A stretch of 64,000 nucleotides of DNA, taken from positions 1 through 64,000 of the IMG/VR virus record IMGVR_UViG_3300031414_000007. One strand, written 5' to 3'. Numbering within the stretch: the stretch's first letter is position 1; each line of letters begins with the position of its first letter. The stretch is from a virus. Taxonomy: Duplodnaviria; Caudoviricetes. The translations under genes and the position numbers were made by a program. The notes under the pieces were generated by a model, which had not been told where the DNA came from, made no database searches, and saw only the letters and a list, made by a program, of their open reading frames with translations. Below are positions 36,124 to 45,131 of the stretch, piece after piece.

Positions 36124-36773
36124 ACAACAACATTCTTCTGATCAAGCACGTTTCTTCTTACCTGTATGTCGGCTATTGCGAAAATGCAAGTGACATTCCT
36201 CGTCGCGGTATTGAGCTGCTGGACATTGTTGTGCCGAGCCCTGTAAGTGGTGACTCAGACAACATTCTCGATATGAAAGCGCGTTGCATCTATCATTTGC
36301 CACACAACTGTTTCCTGCTGCAACATGTAGATGGTGAGTTCGAGGGCAACGAATACCCGGCGTGGACGAAAAAGCATTGTCGGGATAACATGGAAATCTT
36401 CCAGCGTTCGTCTCATGGCCGTGAGCAGGCAGCGATTGAACTCATGCTGAATGAACTGCGTGATGCGGAAGTTGAGCATCCGGAATGGCCAGAAGAAGCA
36501 ATTCATGCAGGCTCCATTCTCGTAGAAGAAGCGGGTGAGTTACTGCGTGATTGTGTGTCGTTCGATGAAACTGGTGACGACAAGCTGATCGTTAATATGC
36601 AGATCGAAGCAGTGCAGACAGGTGCAATGGCGTTGCGCTTCCTGAAGAACCTGGCCACGTCGCAGAAGCGTACTATCCCGCATAATGCTCTGCGTACTAT
36701 CTTAAACTCAACGATGACGCCAGAAGAACAACTGGCGGAGATGCGTCGTCTTATCGATCACGGAGTACGCTAA
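36120..36773 (+). CDS. protein with C-terminal MazG-like all-alpha NTP pyrophosphohydrolase motif
   Basis: GTG start overlapping the thyA stop; ILVEEAGELL..IEAVQTGAMALRFL. Confidence 0.45.
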   Translation: MNNNILLIKHVSSYLYVGYCENASDIPRRGIELLDIVVPSPVSGDSDNILDMKARCIYHLPHNCFLLQHVDGEFEGNEYPAWTKKHCRDNMEIFQRSSHGREQAAIELMLNELRDAEVEHPEWPEEAIHAGSILVEEAGELLRDCVSFDETGDDKLIVNMQIEAVQTGAMALRFLKNLATSQKRTIPHNALRTILNSTMTPEEQLAEMRRLIDHGVR

Positions 36774-37705
36774 TGCGTTTACTAAAGTATATCCCAAGTG
36801 CAGGCATCTCACACACGCCACCAGCCGGCGGTGAATATGTGCGTGATATGGTAATCGACTTTGGTGATCATCCGAAGCCTGACGTAGGTCATCATGACGA
36901 ACTCTGTTTGTTTGATTTGCGTCTGACTGATGTAGATGTGTATCACGAACAGGACAGCGTTCACATTTGTCTGCCGGACATGAGCCACATCTACGCCAAC
37001 TTCGATATGGCTATCTGCCAAACGCGCGAGTATCAGTTCTGGATGGGCGACAACGCACCTGCACCCTCCGCGGACGCTATTGTTCACGCGCACATCGTTA
37101 AAGGGCATCTGCCTAATCTGCACAAAGACTTCGACACATTCGTCGAATGGCTGTTTGATCGTATGCGTGAGATTCCTCGTCTTAACATCGATCACATGGT
37201 GCTGAAAGGCAAAGGTCAAATGTACGATGCGAACACTAAAAACTCGTATGACCTTTGGGGCATGTTCCGCTACTGGTTAATGCTGGGGCGTAACCTGACT
37301 ATCGGGTACTCGCTCGACAATCAGATAACGTTCAACGATACACACATCTCGGAGAAAGGTGTGCGCTGGTGGCTGATCGAGCACAACAAACAACTGATGG
37401 AAGTCGCGCGTGAGAACGATCTGCTGGCTGCATTCATCACGTTTGGCTCCGATAGCCCTGGCTCTGAGGACGAGTATGCGTATACGTTCGTTGGCAAAGA
37501 CGGCAACTTCATGCGCAGCCACGTAGACGTTAGCGAGTTCATGCACCTCGCTGTTCACGGCCACTTCCCTGAACTGGTCTGCGATTCGAGCGGCAAGAAC
37601 TTCAACGTGACGTTTAACTTCGCGCAGTATTTCCCGGAAGAATACCACGCGTACCAAAACTATCGCGGCGGTGATTATCATCGCGCTCTGTCTCGCTTCG
37701 TCTGA
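36773..37705 (+). CDS. hypothetical protein
   Basis: 310 aa, TAATG coupling. Confidence 0.8.
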   Translation: MRLLKYIPSAGISHTPPAGGEYVRDMVIDFGDHPKPDVGHHDELCLFDLRLTDVDVYHEQDSVHICLPDMSHIYANFDMAICQTREYQFWMGDNAPAPSADAIVHAHIVKGHLPNLHKDFDTFVEWLFDRMREIPRLNIDHMVLKGKGQMYDANTKNSYDLWGMFRYWLMLGRNLTIGYSLDNQITFNDTHISEKGVRWWLIEHNKQLMEVARENDLLAAFITFGSDSPGSEDEYAYTFVGKDGNFMRSHVDVSEFMHLAVHGHFPELVCDSSGKNFNVTFNFAQYFPEEYHAYQNYRGGDYHRALSRFV

Positions 37706-37726
37706 CGGGCTTCGGCCTCCTGTCAG

Positions 37727-37732
37727 TAATTT
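37727..37732 (+). promoter_or_regulatory. TAATTT motif (class B), after a UUCG hairpin at 37702-37726
   Basis: intergenic, about 25 nt upstream of 37756. Confidence 0.4.
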
Positions 37733-37755
37733 GATTGTCTAACAGGAGAGCCGAC

Positions 37756-38091
37756 ATGAACTACGATCCAAAGAAAGATTTCCACCCGTTTCAATATCTG
37801 GGCGCACCTAAAGTCCCGCACACAGGCTTCTTAGGCAATACAGTGAACTTGGTTGAGAACGACGTAAACATCGGCAGCGATGAATGCACGTTCGAGTTCA
37901 CTGTAGCTCAGATGAACGCGATGGACAGAGGTACTGTTACGTTCAGGGCGAAAGACTCTGGCGGTGGTATCGACATTAAGAAATGCTCAGTCTCAGGTTT
38001 GAAAATGGTAATTAAGCTGGACAGAAGGGTGATCGAGTTCGGCAAAGTTCAAGTCGAATGGCAGACCACTCCTCGCCACTACTATTACTGA
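37756..38091 (+). CDS. hypothetical beta-rich protein
   Basis: ATG after AGGAG. Confidence 0.75.
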   Translation: MNYDPKKDFHPFQYLGAPKVPHTGFLGNTVNLVENDVNIGSDECTFEFTVAQMNAMDRGTVTFRAKDSGGGIDIKKCSVSGLKMVIKLDRRVIEFGKVQVEWQTTPRHYYY

Positions 38092-38100
38092 ATCTGTAAA
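38091..38100 (+). promoter_or_regulatory. AATCTGTAAA motif (class A)
   Basis: 44 nt upstream of the ParB-N/MTase operon. Confidence 0.55.
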
Positions 38101-38134
38101 GACAGAGAAAGAGCAACCGATAAGAGATACGACA

Positions 38135-38845
38135 ATGGCAAAAACTGCTATCAAAACAAAGGACGGAAAGAAGAAAAAGAATGATGGGCTAAAGTTTGAG
38201 TTGAATAAACTCAGCTCCGTCAATCAATTAAAAGGCGCAGCGTATAACCCGCGTTTCATTTCAGACAGTCGCCTGAAAGCACTCGAAGGTTCTTTGGGTA
38301 GCTTCGGCGACTTGTCTGGTATCGTGTTCAACAACAACATCAAATCTGGTGTGTTGATCTCAGGCCACCAGCGCTTGAAGTCAATCGAAGGCTGGAAGAC
38401 TCGTATCGAGGTCCAGAAGTCTGTTGATAAGCACGGCACTATCGGCCTGGGTTATATTCACGCAACGCATCCGAAGAAGTCTGATAAGGTGATCAGCATT
38501 CCTCTGCGTATCGTGAACTGGACCGATAAGAAAGCAGAGTACGCTGCAAACATCGCGGCGAACGCCCACGGCGGTGAGTTCGATAACAAGAAACTCGCCA
38601 AGCTGGTTGAGCAACTCGACCTCAACACAATCAAGCCGCAGTTGCTTGGCCTTGACCCGTTAGAGATTCGCGGTCTGCAAGCCAAGCTGAAAGTTCAGGC
38701 TGTTGTTCAGGACGAGAAACGTGCGGGCAAGACAACTGGCCAGATGAACGGCAGTACCGGTAAGTTCAATGAGTACAACCCTGATGATGTGGGTGAAGCT
38801 CTGAACTGCACCTGCCCGCGTTGTGGATTCAAGTTCGAGGGATAA
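38135..38845 (+). CDS. ParB/Srx-like N-terminal domain protein with C-terminal Zn ribbon
   Basis: AAYNPRFIS..SLGSFG..IVFN..LISGHQRLK; CTCPRCGFKF. Confidence 0.8.
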   Translation: MAKTAIKTKDGKKKKNDGLKFELNKLSSVNQLKGAAYNPRFISDSRLKALEGSLGSFGDLSGIVFNNNIKSGVLISGHQRLKSIEGWKTRIEVQKSVDKHGTIGLGYIHATHPKKSDKVISIPLRIVNWTDKKAEYAANIAANAHGGEFDNKKLAKLVEQLDLNTIKPQLLGLDPLEIRGLQAKLKVQAVVQDEKRAGKTTGQMNGSTGKFNEYNPDDVGEALNCTCPRCGFKFEG

Positions 38846-38846
38846 T

Positions 38847-40976
38847 ATGATCATCAAGCCGCCTACGATGAAGGAAATCAACAAGCTGGATAAACCCTGG
38901 CGTGGTATGAGTTTCTTCGCAGGTTGCGGTGGGTCTTCGACCGGTCACAAGATGGCCGGTATCGACATTGTGTTGAGCAACGAGTTTGTTGACTCAGCAC
39001 GAGAGTCCTACGAAGCGAACCATCCGACAACTAAAGTGCTGCCTCATGACATTCGCCGCTTAGACCCAGGCAAGCTGTTGCGCTTCGCTGGTCTAAACAA
39101 AGGCGAACTGGATTTACTTGACGGTAGTCCTCCTTGCTTTACCGAAGACACGATCATTCATACAGCAGACGGCATGAAGTTCATTTCGGACATGAACGTC
39201 GGCGATAGAGCAATGACCAGTGTCGGGCAGTATCATCCCGTGTACGACACGATGGTGCGACCTTACGTCGGCACGATGCACAAAATCGAAACACTGATCA
39301 GTAGCAACAAAGCAACGCCTGAGCACCCGTTCTTTATCAGACGTCCACTTGCTGCGGGCGGTTACTCTGAACCATTCTGGTGTGATGCTAAAGACGTGCA
39401 GGAAGGCGATCTGCTCGGTACACCTCGTGTTACGCCTGACCAGACTGCTGATGTGTACCACAATCAGATGAATCAATTGCCGAAGATGATTCGTCAGTGG
39501 GTAAGCATTCCTGAGTTCTGGTGGATGGTAGGTCACTGGTGTGATCGTGGTTCAATCGAAACTATCGGTGGCATTGAAGCAGTTAGCTTCGAATCGCATA
39601 CCAGTATTGAAAACGCGATGATTGAGCAGGCGTTTGACGCGCTTAAACTCAGTAGCCTGAATCGCATCGAAACAATGACAGCGCAACGTAAAACGTTCCG
39701 TACTGTGATTGATGTTGAGCTGGTGCAGTTTCTGCGTCGCTTTATCAGTCACGGCAACAACACGTTCTCTCGTCGTCTGCCTGCCATGTTGTTCCACATC
39801 AACGCGGAACTGAAACAGCAATTCATTCTGGGCTGTGCTGGCATGGATTATGTGACTGCTATGGGCACAGGCATTGCTATCACTTCTGCAAGCAAGCGCT
39901 TCCTGCTTGAACTGAATTACCTGTGCTGCTCTGCATTCAATCGTCCTCTGTTCGACGGACTGACTTGGGGCGACCTGTATTTCGGTAGTTCGTTAACGCC
40001 CCGCGAACGAAACAGTGCGCGTGAGCACATTGGCTACCTGTTCCTGCAGGACGAGCACAACTTCTTCCACGAGTTTAGCAAAGAAGACCCGCATCTCTGG
40101 ACAGAAGTGATTGAGAACCTCGCGTATCAAGCAACCTGTGACGTCTATAACTTCTCTGTTGAAGTGGACGAAACGTATGTGGCGAACGGTGTTGTTGTTC
40201 ACAACTGCAAAGGCTTCTCTACTGCTGGCGTGAAAGAAGAAGGCTGGGGCAAAGAAGTTAAGTACAGCGATAACAAGTATCAGCAGGTTGATGACCTGTT
40301 CGATCAGTACTGCCGTATGCTGAAAGGCATGATGCCGAAAGTGTTCACTGCGGAAAACGTTAGTGGTCTTGTTAAGGGTGCCTCGAAAGGCTACTTCCTT
40401 GAGATCATGCGAACGTTTGACGAGATTGGTTATTACGTTCGAGCGCCGCTGCTTAATGCTGCGTGGCTTGGTGTGCCTCAGTCCCGTGAACGTATCATCT
40501 TTATGGGTGTACGCAAAGACGTAGCACACGCTCTCGGTTATAAGAGCAATCAGGCTGCTGTGCCTGACGTAGTGCCCTGCGATACGATGGCCTTCCTTGC
40601 AGACGCACTGCCTCACATTCAGCGATATAAGTCCACGAAGAAGGATATCATCACGTATCTTCCTGCGATGAACGGACCGATGCCGACAATCACTGCGGCT
40701 GATGCTATCGCGTATGAGACAGCCCGTTTCTCGTCTGCTGGGTTCGTTGAAGACAACAAAGGTCATCGTCGTAAGTTGACCATCGACGAACTAAAAGTTG
40801 TTTCTGGCCTGCCGTCAGACTATAAGCTGAAAGGTAAGTTTGAAGAACAGTGGGAGCGACTCGGTCGTATCTGTGTTCCGGCAATGACACAGGCTGCGTC
40901 GAAAGCTCTTATCGAACACGTCCTGCTGCCTTATGCTAAGAAGCGTAAGAAGAAGCCTGGCGAAATCTTTAAGTAA
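38847..40976 (+). CDS. DNA cytosine-C5 methyltransferase-family enzyme, intein-containing; predicted carboxymethyltransferase
   Basis: motif I FFAGCGG, IV GSPP|C, VI ENV, VIII QSRER; motif X reads LGRICVP instead of GN(S/A)V. Confidence 0.88.
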   Translation: MIIKPPTMKEINKLDKPWRGMSFFAGCGGSSTGHKMAGIDIVLSNEFVDSARESYEANHPTTKVLPHDIRRLDPGKLLRFAGLNKGELDLLDGSPPCFTEDTIIHTADGMKFISDMNVGDRAMTSVGQYHPVYDTMVRPYVGTMHKIETLISSNKATPEHPFFIRRPLAAGGYSEPFWCDAKDVQEGDLLGTPRVTPDQTADVYHNQMNQLPKMIRQWVSIPEFWWMVGHWCDRGSIETIGGIEAVSFESHTSIENAMIEQAFDALKLSSLNRIETMTAQRKTFRTVIDVELVQFLRRFISHGNNTFSRRLPAMLFHINAELKQQFILGCAGMDYVTAMGTGIAITSASKRFLLELNYLCCSAFNRPLFDGLTWGDLYFGSSLTPRERNSAREHIGYLFLQDEHNFFHEFSKEDPHLWTEVIENLAYQATCDVYNFSVEVDETYVANGVVVHNCKGFSTAGVKEEGWGKEVKYSDNKYQQVDDLFDQYCRMLKGMMPKVFTAENVSGLVKGASKGYFLEIMRTFDEIGYYVRAPLLNAAWLGVPQSRERIIFMGVRKDVAHALGYKSNQAAVPDVVPCDTMAFLADALPHIQRYKSTKKDIITYLPAMNGPMPTITAADAIAYETARFSSAGFVEDNKGHRRKLTIDELKVVSGLPSDYKLKGKFEEQWERLGRICVPAMTQAASKALIEHVLLPYAKKRKKKPGEIFK
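39135..40205 (+). mobile_element. intein (357 aa) with degenerate LAGLIDADG-type region
   Basis: begins CFTEDT, has ATPEHPF block B and ends VYNFSVEVDETYVANGVVVHN followed by Cys. Confidence 0.93.
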
Positions 40977-40984
40977 GGGCGTCT

Positions 40985-41089
40985 ATGTTCTACGTAGTAT
41001 TGGGTTTTGGTATCGTGATTGGGATCATCCTCACGCTATTCTGTCTGTGGTTTTTCTTCCTGAAGGACTTCGCGGTATTCAAGTCGTGA
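40985..41089 (+). CDS. 34-aa single-TM peptide (not in ORF track)
   Basis: MFYVVLGFGIVIGIILTLFCLWFFFLKDFAVFKS fills the intergenic gap. Confidence 0.6.
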   Translation: MFYVVLGFGIVIGIILTLFCLWFFFLKDFAVFKS

Positions 41090-41122
41090 TCAATTAGGAC
41101 AAGGACGTCCGGGAGAATTGAA

Positions 41123-41689
41123 ATGTCTTATTGTTTAGTTCGTGCAATGATGGTTGCTCATGTACAGGATGGACAACTTGTTTGTTCTAAATACAAGATC
41201 AAACTCAGTGCGAGTAACTCCACGCAACTGCATAACTTCATGCACCGCATCTTCTTTGAGTACAACGGCCGTATTCTGCTAGAAGATGAACAGGACCGCG
41301 ACGTGCTGCCTACACTTAACTACCGCAAGCAAGCCAAAGTGCTTGAAGGTAATGGCAGCGTGTTCAGTCGCATCACCCAACTCGGCCAAAAGCACGGCAT
41401 CACCTGTCATCTGGTGAACACGTTCAAGTCGAACCTTGACGAAATTGCTTACGTGTTCTATCTGGTGCAGCCTACTGGCGTTGCATGTCAGGTACTCGAT
41501 ACTGACAAAGAAGAACTCTGGGGCAAGACGCTGCTAGTGGGCGCTGACTCTGACGTTGACTATGTAGGGCGCAACGTTGTGCCAATCTTCTGCGATGAAA
41601 ACTACAACGTTGACGACGCAGTGCTGGGCAACAACCTGTTCACCCTGCACGACGATACCACCAAACTGATGGTGATGGTCGGCAAGTAA
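41123..41689 (+). CDS. hypothetical protein
   Basis: SD GGGAG; 188 aa. Confidence 0.75.
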   Translation: MSYCLVRAMMVAHVQDGQLVCSKYKIKLSASNSTQLHNFMHRIFFEYNGRILLEDEQDRDVLPTLNYRKQAKVLEGNGSVFSRITQLGQKHGITCHLVNTFKSNLDEIAYVFYLVQPTGVACQVLDTDKEELWGKTLLVGADSDVDYVGRNVVPIFCDENYNVDDAVLGNNLFTLHDDTTKLMVMVGK

Positions 41690-41690
41690 A

Positions 41691-41873
41691 ATGATACGCT
41701 ACCCGATAATATTCCTCGCTACATGGATTCTGGTAGCGTACTCATTATCGACACTGGATGTTTCATCTGAGTGGTGTGAAAGAATAGGCATGGTATCTGC
41801 CGCTATCATCACTCACATCGAAATCAAATGGCAGCGCTTCATCAAGAAGCATTGTCAATATCCCGCCGAGTAA
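41691..41873 (+). CDS. small membrane protein
   Basis: two hydrophobic segments. Confidence 0.55.
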   Translation: MIRYPIIFLATWILVAYSLSTLDVSSEWCERIGMVSAAIITHIEIKWQRFIKKHCQYPAE

Positions 41874-41932
41874 TCGGCATATCGGTGTGCGGCACAGACG
41901 TGACTGCACCCTCTACCTAAAAGGTATGTACT

Positions 41933-42148
41933 ATGTCCAAGAAACACACTTCGTATACCAGCGCGTTCGCAATCGGTGAAATGGCTGTTCTGTCTCTCGA
42001 TAACTTTGCAGACTGCGAACTGCCTTACGGTGTAGTTGAAGGCGTTCTGTTCTACGGGCCTCAAGTGCGCTATCGCTTGTCGCTGTTTGTGAATGATGGT
42101 CCTGCTTCTTCACCTAAAGCATATCGCCATTCAACATTCCTGTTATGA
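41933..42148 (+). CDS. hypothetical protein (SH3-like beta pattern)
   Basis: SD AAGGT; may be one gene with the next ORF. Confidence 0.6.
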   Translation: MSKKHTSYTSAFAIGEMAVLSLDNFADCELPYGVVEGVLFYGPQVRYRLSLFVNDGPASSPKAYRHSTFLL

Positions 42149-42390
42149 TCACTGGTGTGCGCTACGAAGAAGGCAAAGTGCTGTATGACGTGAGCATTCA
42201 GCGCAAGCACTACGAAGATGGTTCCATTCGTATCGACACTTCGACAACGTATGGCCGTTTGGTGGGTGACTCGCTGCATAGCGTTGACTCAATCTTTCTG
42301 AAACCTGTTGGTGGTTGGCGTAACCCTATTACCTCGGGCCGCTTGGACAGCAACGCAGAAAACAAAAGCAATGTACCTCGTTCTGAATAA
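42145..42390 (+). CDS. hypothetical protein
   Basis: ATGA overlap; ITGVRYEEGKVLYDV. Confidence 0.6.
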   Translation: MITGVRYEEGKVLYDVSIQRKHYEDGSIRIDTSTTYGRLVGDSLHSVDSIFLKPVGGWRNPITSGRLDSNAENKSNVPRSE

Positions 42391-42397
42391 CTAACTG

Positions 42398-42429
42398 ATG
42401 GGTAGCTACGGCTGCCCATTTTTGTTTTT
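42398..42429 (+). terminator. intrinsic terminator
   Basis: ATGGGTAGC-TACG-GCTGCCCAT followed by a T-tract. Confidence 0.8.
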
Positions 42430-42434
42430 ATGTG

Positions 42435-42440
42435 TAATTT
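42435..42440 (+). promoter_or_regulatory. TAATTT motif (class B)
   Basis: between a terminator and ATG 42475. Confidence 0.4.
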
Positions 42441-42474
42441 TATTGGACATTCCTTCGTTCGAGGTACGACGTCC

Positions 42475-43470
42475 ATGCAATTCGCAATAGCAAATACATT
42501 AGGGCTGCCAGCAGACGTTCTGGCTTCGGCAAAAGCACGGCTGCTGTTATTCGATGCGTCTGTAGACCCAAGGCTCGCAGTAAGAGATTGGACTCAGTAC
42601 GCCGTTCAATGCAGAGGAGTAATAGCAAGTCTTGTTGGCAGTGTGTATACCACAGGACAAGTTCAAGGTGTGCGTGACGGAAAACATTATCCTGCGACTG
42701 GAGGTGTTCTTACACAATCAGCACAAACAACACCTCTGGCCGCAACTAACTATACAACTCTGGTAGATTTTGATACAAGCAATTCCAGTCTTGGCATCAA
42801 GTACGGAAGTCGAATAAGACTGCCGTCCAGTAAAGCCACACCATTCACCTGGGATAGTGATGGTTACGGACTTCCTCAAGATCTGATGCTCATTTCTTCT
42901 AAAACAGGTGAGTTGAAGGCTGAGGTGAGTGCAAGCGTCAGTTGTTATTTCACCAGAACGTTCAAGCCCGATCCGAATCGCACCATAACTCGAACGAACA
43001 CTATAAATAGCTATTCTGTTCTTCGTGGTATCAAGCTAAATAAGACTGCGGTCAACTTGAATTTTCGTATAGCCCCCGCAGTGTGGGCACAGTCTAAAGT
43101 CGCAGATCTGCCTGCAGGGATCTTTCTTGCCAATAGAGCAATTCAGGGAGTCTACTACGAAACTGAGTATTACAAAACAAGCTATGCACCTGTAGATAAA
43201 TTTCAGAATGGTGATGCTGGATATATTCCTCTAGGGACCGTTAGAGAGATTCCAGTTTATCTGGACTCAACAGAAGAGGATGAAACCGTGGTGCCGACTT
43301 GGGCAGCGCTGCAAGTTGACTCAATTAGAGGTGAATCCCTTCTGACATTCACTGTAGGCGAAGATGGAGATTTTATTCCTACGTCCTCGTGTGTCCCAGG
43401 TAAATATCTGACGCTGGTGGAAAATCCAAATAAGATGTTGCGCGTCAGTCAACATCTACAGAACCTATGA
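42475..43470 (+). CDS. monocistronic hypothetical protein, probable virion protein
   Basis: ATG after GAGGT; S/T/G/V-rich; flanked by terminators. Confidence 0.7.
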   Translation: MQFAIANTLGLPADVLASAKARLLLFDASVDPRLAVRDWTQYAVQCRGVIASLVGSVYTTGQVQGVRDGKHYPATGGVLTQSAQTTPLAATNYTTLVDFDTSNSSLGIKYGSRIRLPSSKATPFTWDSDGYGLPQDLMLISSKTGELKAEVSASVSCYFTRTFKPDPNRTITRTNTINSYSVLRGIKLNKTAVNLNFRIAPAVWAQSKVADLPAGIFLANRAIQGVYYETEYYKTSYAPVDKFQNGDAGYIPLGTVREIPVYLDSTEEDETVVPTWAALQVDSIRGESLLTFTVGEDGDFIPTSSCVPGKYLTLVENPNKMLRVSQHLQNL

Positions 43471-43476
43471 AAATAA

Positions 43477-43500
43477 GGGTGGCTTCGGCCGCCCATTTTT
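43477..43500 (+). terminator. intrinsic terminator
   Basis: GGGTGGC-TTCG-GCCGCCC-ATTTTT. Confidence 0.85.
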
Positions 43501-43508
43501 GTATCTAT

Positions 43509-43520
43509 AATCTGTAAATA
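43509..43520 (+). promoter_or_regulatory. AATCTGTAAATA motif (class A)
   Basis: exact copy between a terminator and ATG 43538. Confidence 0.6.
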
Positions 43521-43537
43521 TCAGACAGGAGGATAGC

Positions 43538-43885
43538 ATGAAAGATGATATGTACGAAATTCGGAATTTCATCAAGGGCCGCCTCGATGAAGAAACGAAG
43601 GATATCGTTATGAGTGATGAAATGGTACTTAGCCGTACTCGTGACATTGCTGGTGGCGTTATCCGAGCTATCACGCGCAATATGCGTAGTGATGGATTTA
43701 GTATCGTGTGCGACAGCACTATCAACACACAAGCGCTGATTGACAACAATGTTCTGGCAGTTGACATTGTGATCAGTGACTCGCGTTTGGCCAATCAAAT
43801 ACTTAGAGGGAACGACAATGCTAAAACGTCTATTAGCTTTGTTCTGGCGGAAGAAGAAAACACCACCGGTCAAAAAGAGCTTTGA
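43538..43885 (+). CDS. hypothetical protein
   Basis: SD AGGAGG. Confidence 0.8.
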   Translation: MKDDMYEIRNFIKGRLDEETKDIVMSDEMVLSRTRDIAGGVIRAITRNMRSDGFSIVCDSTINTQALIDNNVLAVDIVISDSRLANQILRGNDNAKTSISFVLAEEENTTGQKEL

Positions 43886-44303
43886 AGAAAAGCTGGATGA
43901 CCTAAGTGACCAGATTCGTCGAGATGACGAACATCTGCGCCGCGTATTGCACACTGGTCATCAGCCTGTGCGTAAGAAAGAGCGCGTCACGGTTACCGTA
44001 GAGCCGCCGAAGAAACGCTATCAGACTAAGCCGACGCCTATGCCTGAACGCAAGAACTTCAACGGTCAACCTCGTCGCGGTATGACAGTGAATCATGCTT
44101 CTTCTAGTCGCGCTCAGACAGACGATTTAATGCTGGCTGTGATGATGCAGCAGACCTACGTTGCACCCACACCAAGTCGTTCGCACGATGATAACTGTCG
44201 CGTAGATCATACGCCGAGCTATCGACATAGCGACCCTGACCCAAGCCCCTCATACGAGGGCGGTTCTGATTCTGGTTACAGCGGAGGTGGTTCCTGTGAT
44301 TAA
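43818..44303 (+). CDS. hypothetical protein, low-complexity S/G/D tail
   Basis: ATG after GAGGG; ends SYEGGSDSGYSGGGSCD. Confidence 0.7.
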   Translation: MLKRLLALFWRKKKTPPVKKSFEEKLDDLSDQIRRDDEHLRRVLHTGHQPVRKKERVTVTVEPPKKRYQTKPTPMPERKNFNGQPRRGMTVNHASSSRAQTDDLMLAVMMQQTYVAPTPSRSHDDNCRVDHTPSYRHSDPDPSPSYEGGSDSGYSGGGSCD

Positions 44304-44637
44304 ACGTCTAATGAACTGGATAGGCTTGATGCTTATCTCTGAATCAAACAAGCGTAAACTCCGTCAGCACGAAGCAATGATGCGCGCCTGTACTGACGTT
44401 TACGATTGGTGCGGTGCTGACTTGCCTCAGACGGCCGAAGCTGTCGAGTACGTTCGCACACGCGCATTAGGCTATGAGAACCGATTGAACGTCCACAACG
44501 GTAAAATCATGACGCCATACGAAGCGCACACAGGCATTAGCAACTGGCGTGATGCGATGCGCAGTAAGTATCTGCATAGCGAAGTGGACTTTGACGGCAA
44601 GGCGTTCGCAGCACCAAAGGCAGATTCTGTAAACTAA
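44296..44637 (+). CDS. hypothetical protein
   Basis: GTG after GGAGG. Confidence 0.7.
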   Translation: MIKRLMNWIGLMLISESNKRKLRQHEAMMRACTDVYDWCGADLPQTAEAVEYVRTRALGYENRLNVHNGKIMTPYEAHTGISNWRDAMRSKYLHSEVDFDGKAFAAPKADSVN

Positions 44638-44666
44638 GAACACGAACAACATATACCGAGAAAAAT

Positions 44667-45131
44667 ATGGAACGTAACTCAAACGAAAAGATTGTGGTGC
44701 TGGATGTAGATATGTACCGCACTCTCGTACAATACGCAGAGTGCGGTGAACGCGACTGCGGGCCTAACTTCTTTGGAAAATCCGTGAAAGAACTCGAAAA
44801 ACATGCACGGCACTTTAATCCACATCTACGCGCACCGTTTGAGCAGATGTTGACTAACGAGCGTTTGGGTAAAGCCGAACGTCGTCGGCTGGTGAAGAAA
44901 GCACGTCGCCTTAGTTCCCAGCGCGAGCCTGTACGCTTCCTCGTTGACCACCAGCACAAGGTAATCTATCCGATTATCATCACTGGTGTGTCGTCTGACA
45001 ATCAACTGCGTTTGAAGTATCACGCACTGTCTGACGGCTGGGATTCGGCTGCTATGGTTGATCGCATCTTCGAAACACCAGAAGAGTTGCCTCAGTCCTA
45101 TCGTATGCTCAAGGAAGGGGAGAACGTCTGA
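44667..45131 (+). CDS. hypothetical protein
   Basis: 154 aa; preceded by the TTCTGTAAAC motif variant at about 44625. Confidence 0.75.
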   Translation: MERNSNEKIVVLDVDMYRTLVQYAECGERDCGPNFFGKSVKELEKHARHFNPHLRAPFEQMLTNERLGKAERRRLVKKARRLSSQREPVRFLVDHQHKVIYPIIITGVSSDNQLRLKYHALSDGWDSAAMVDRIFETPEELPQSYRMLKEGENV

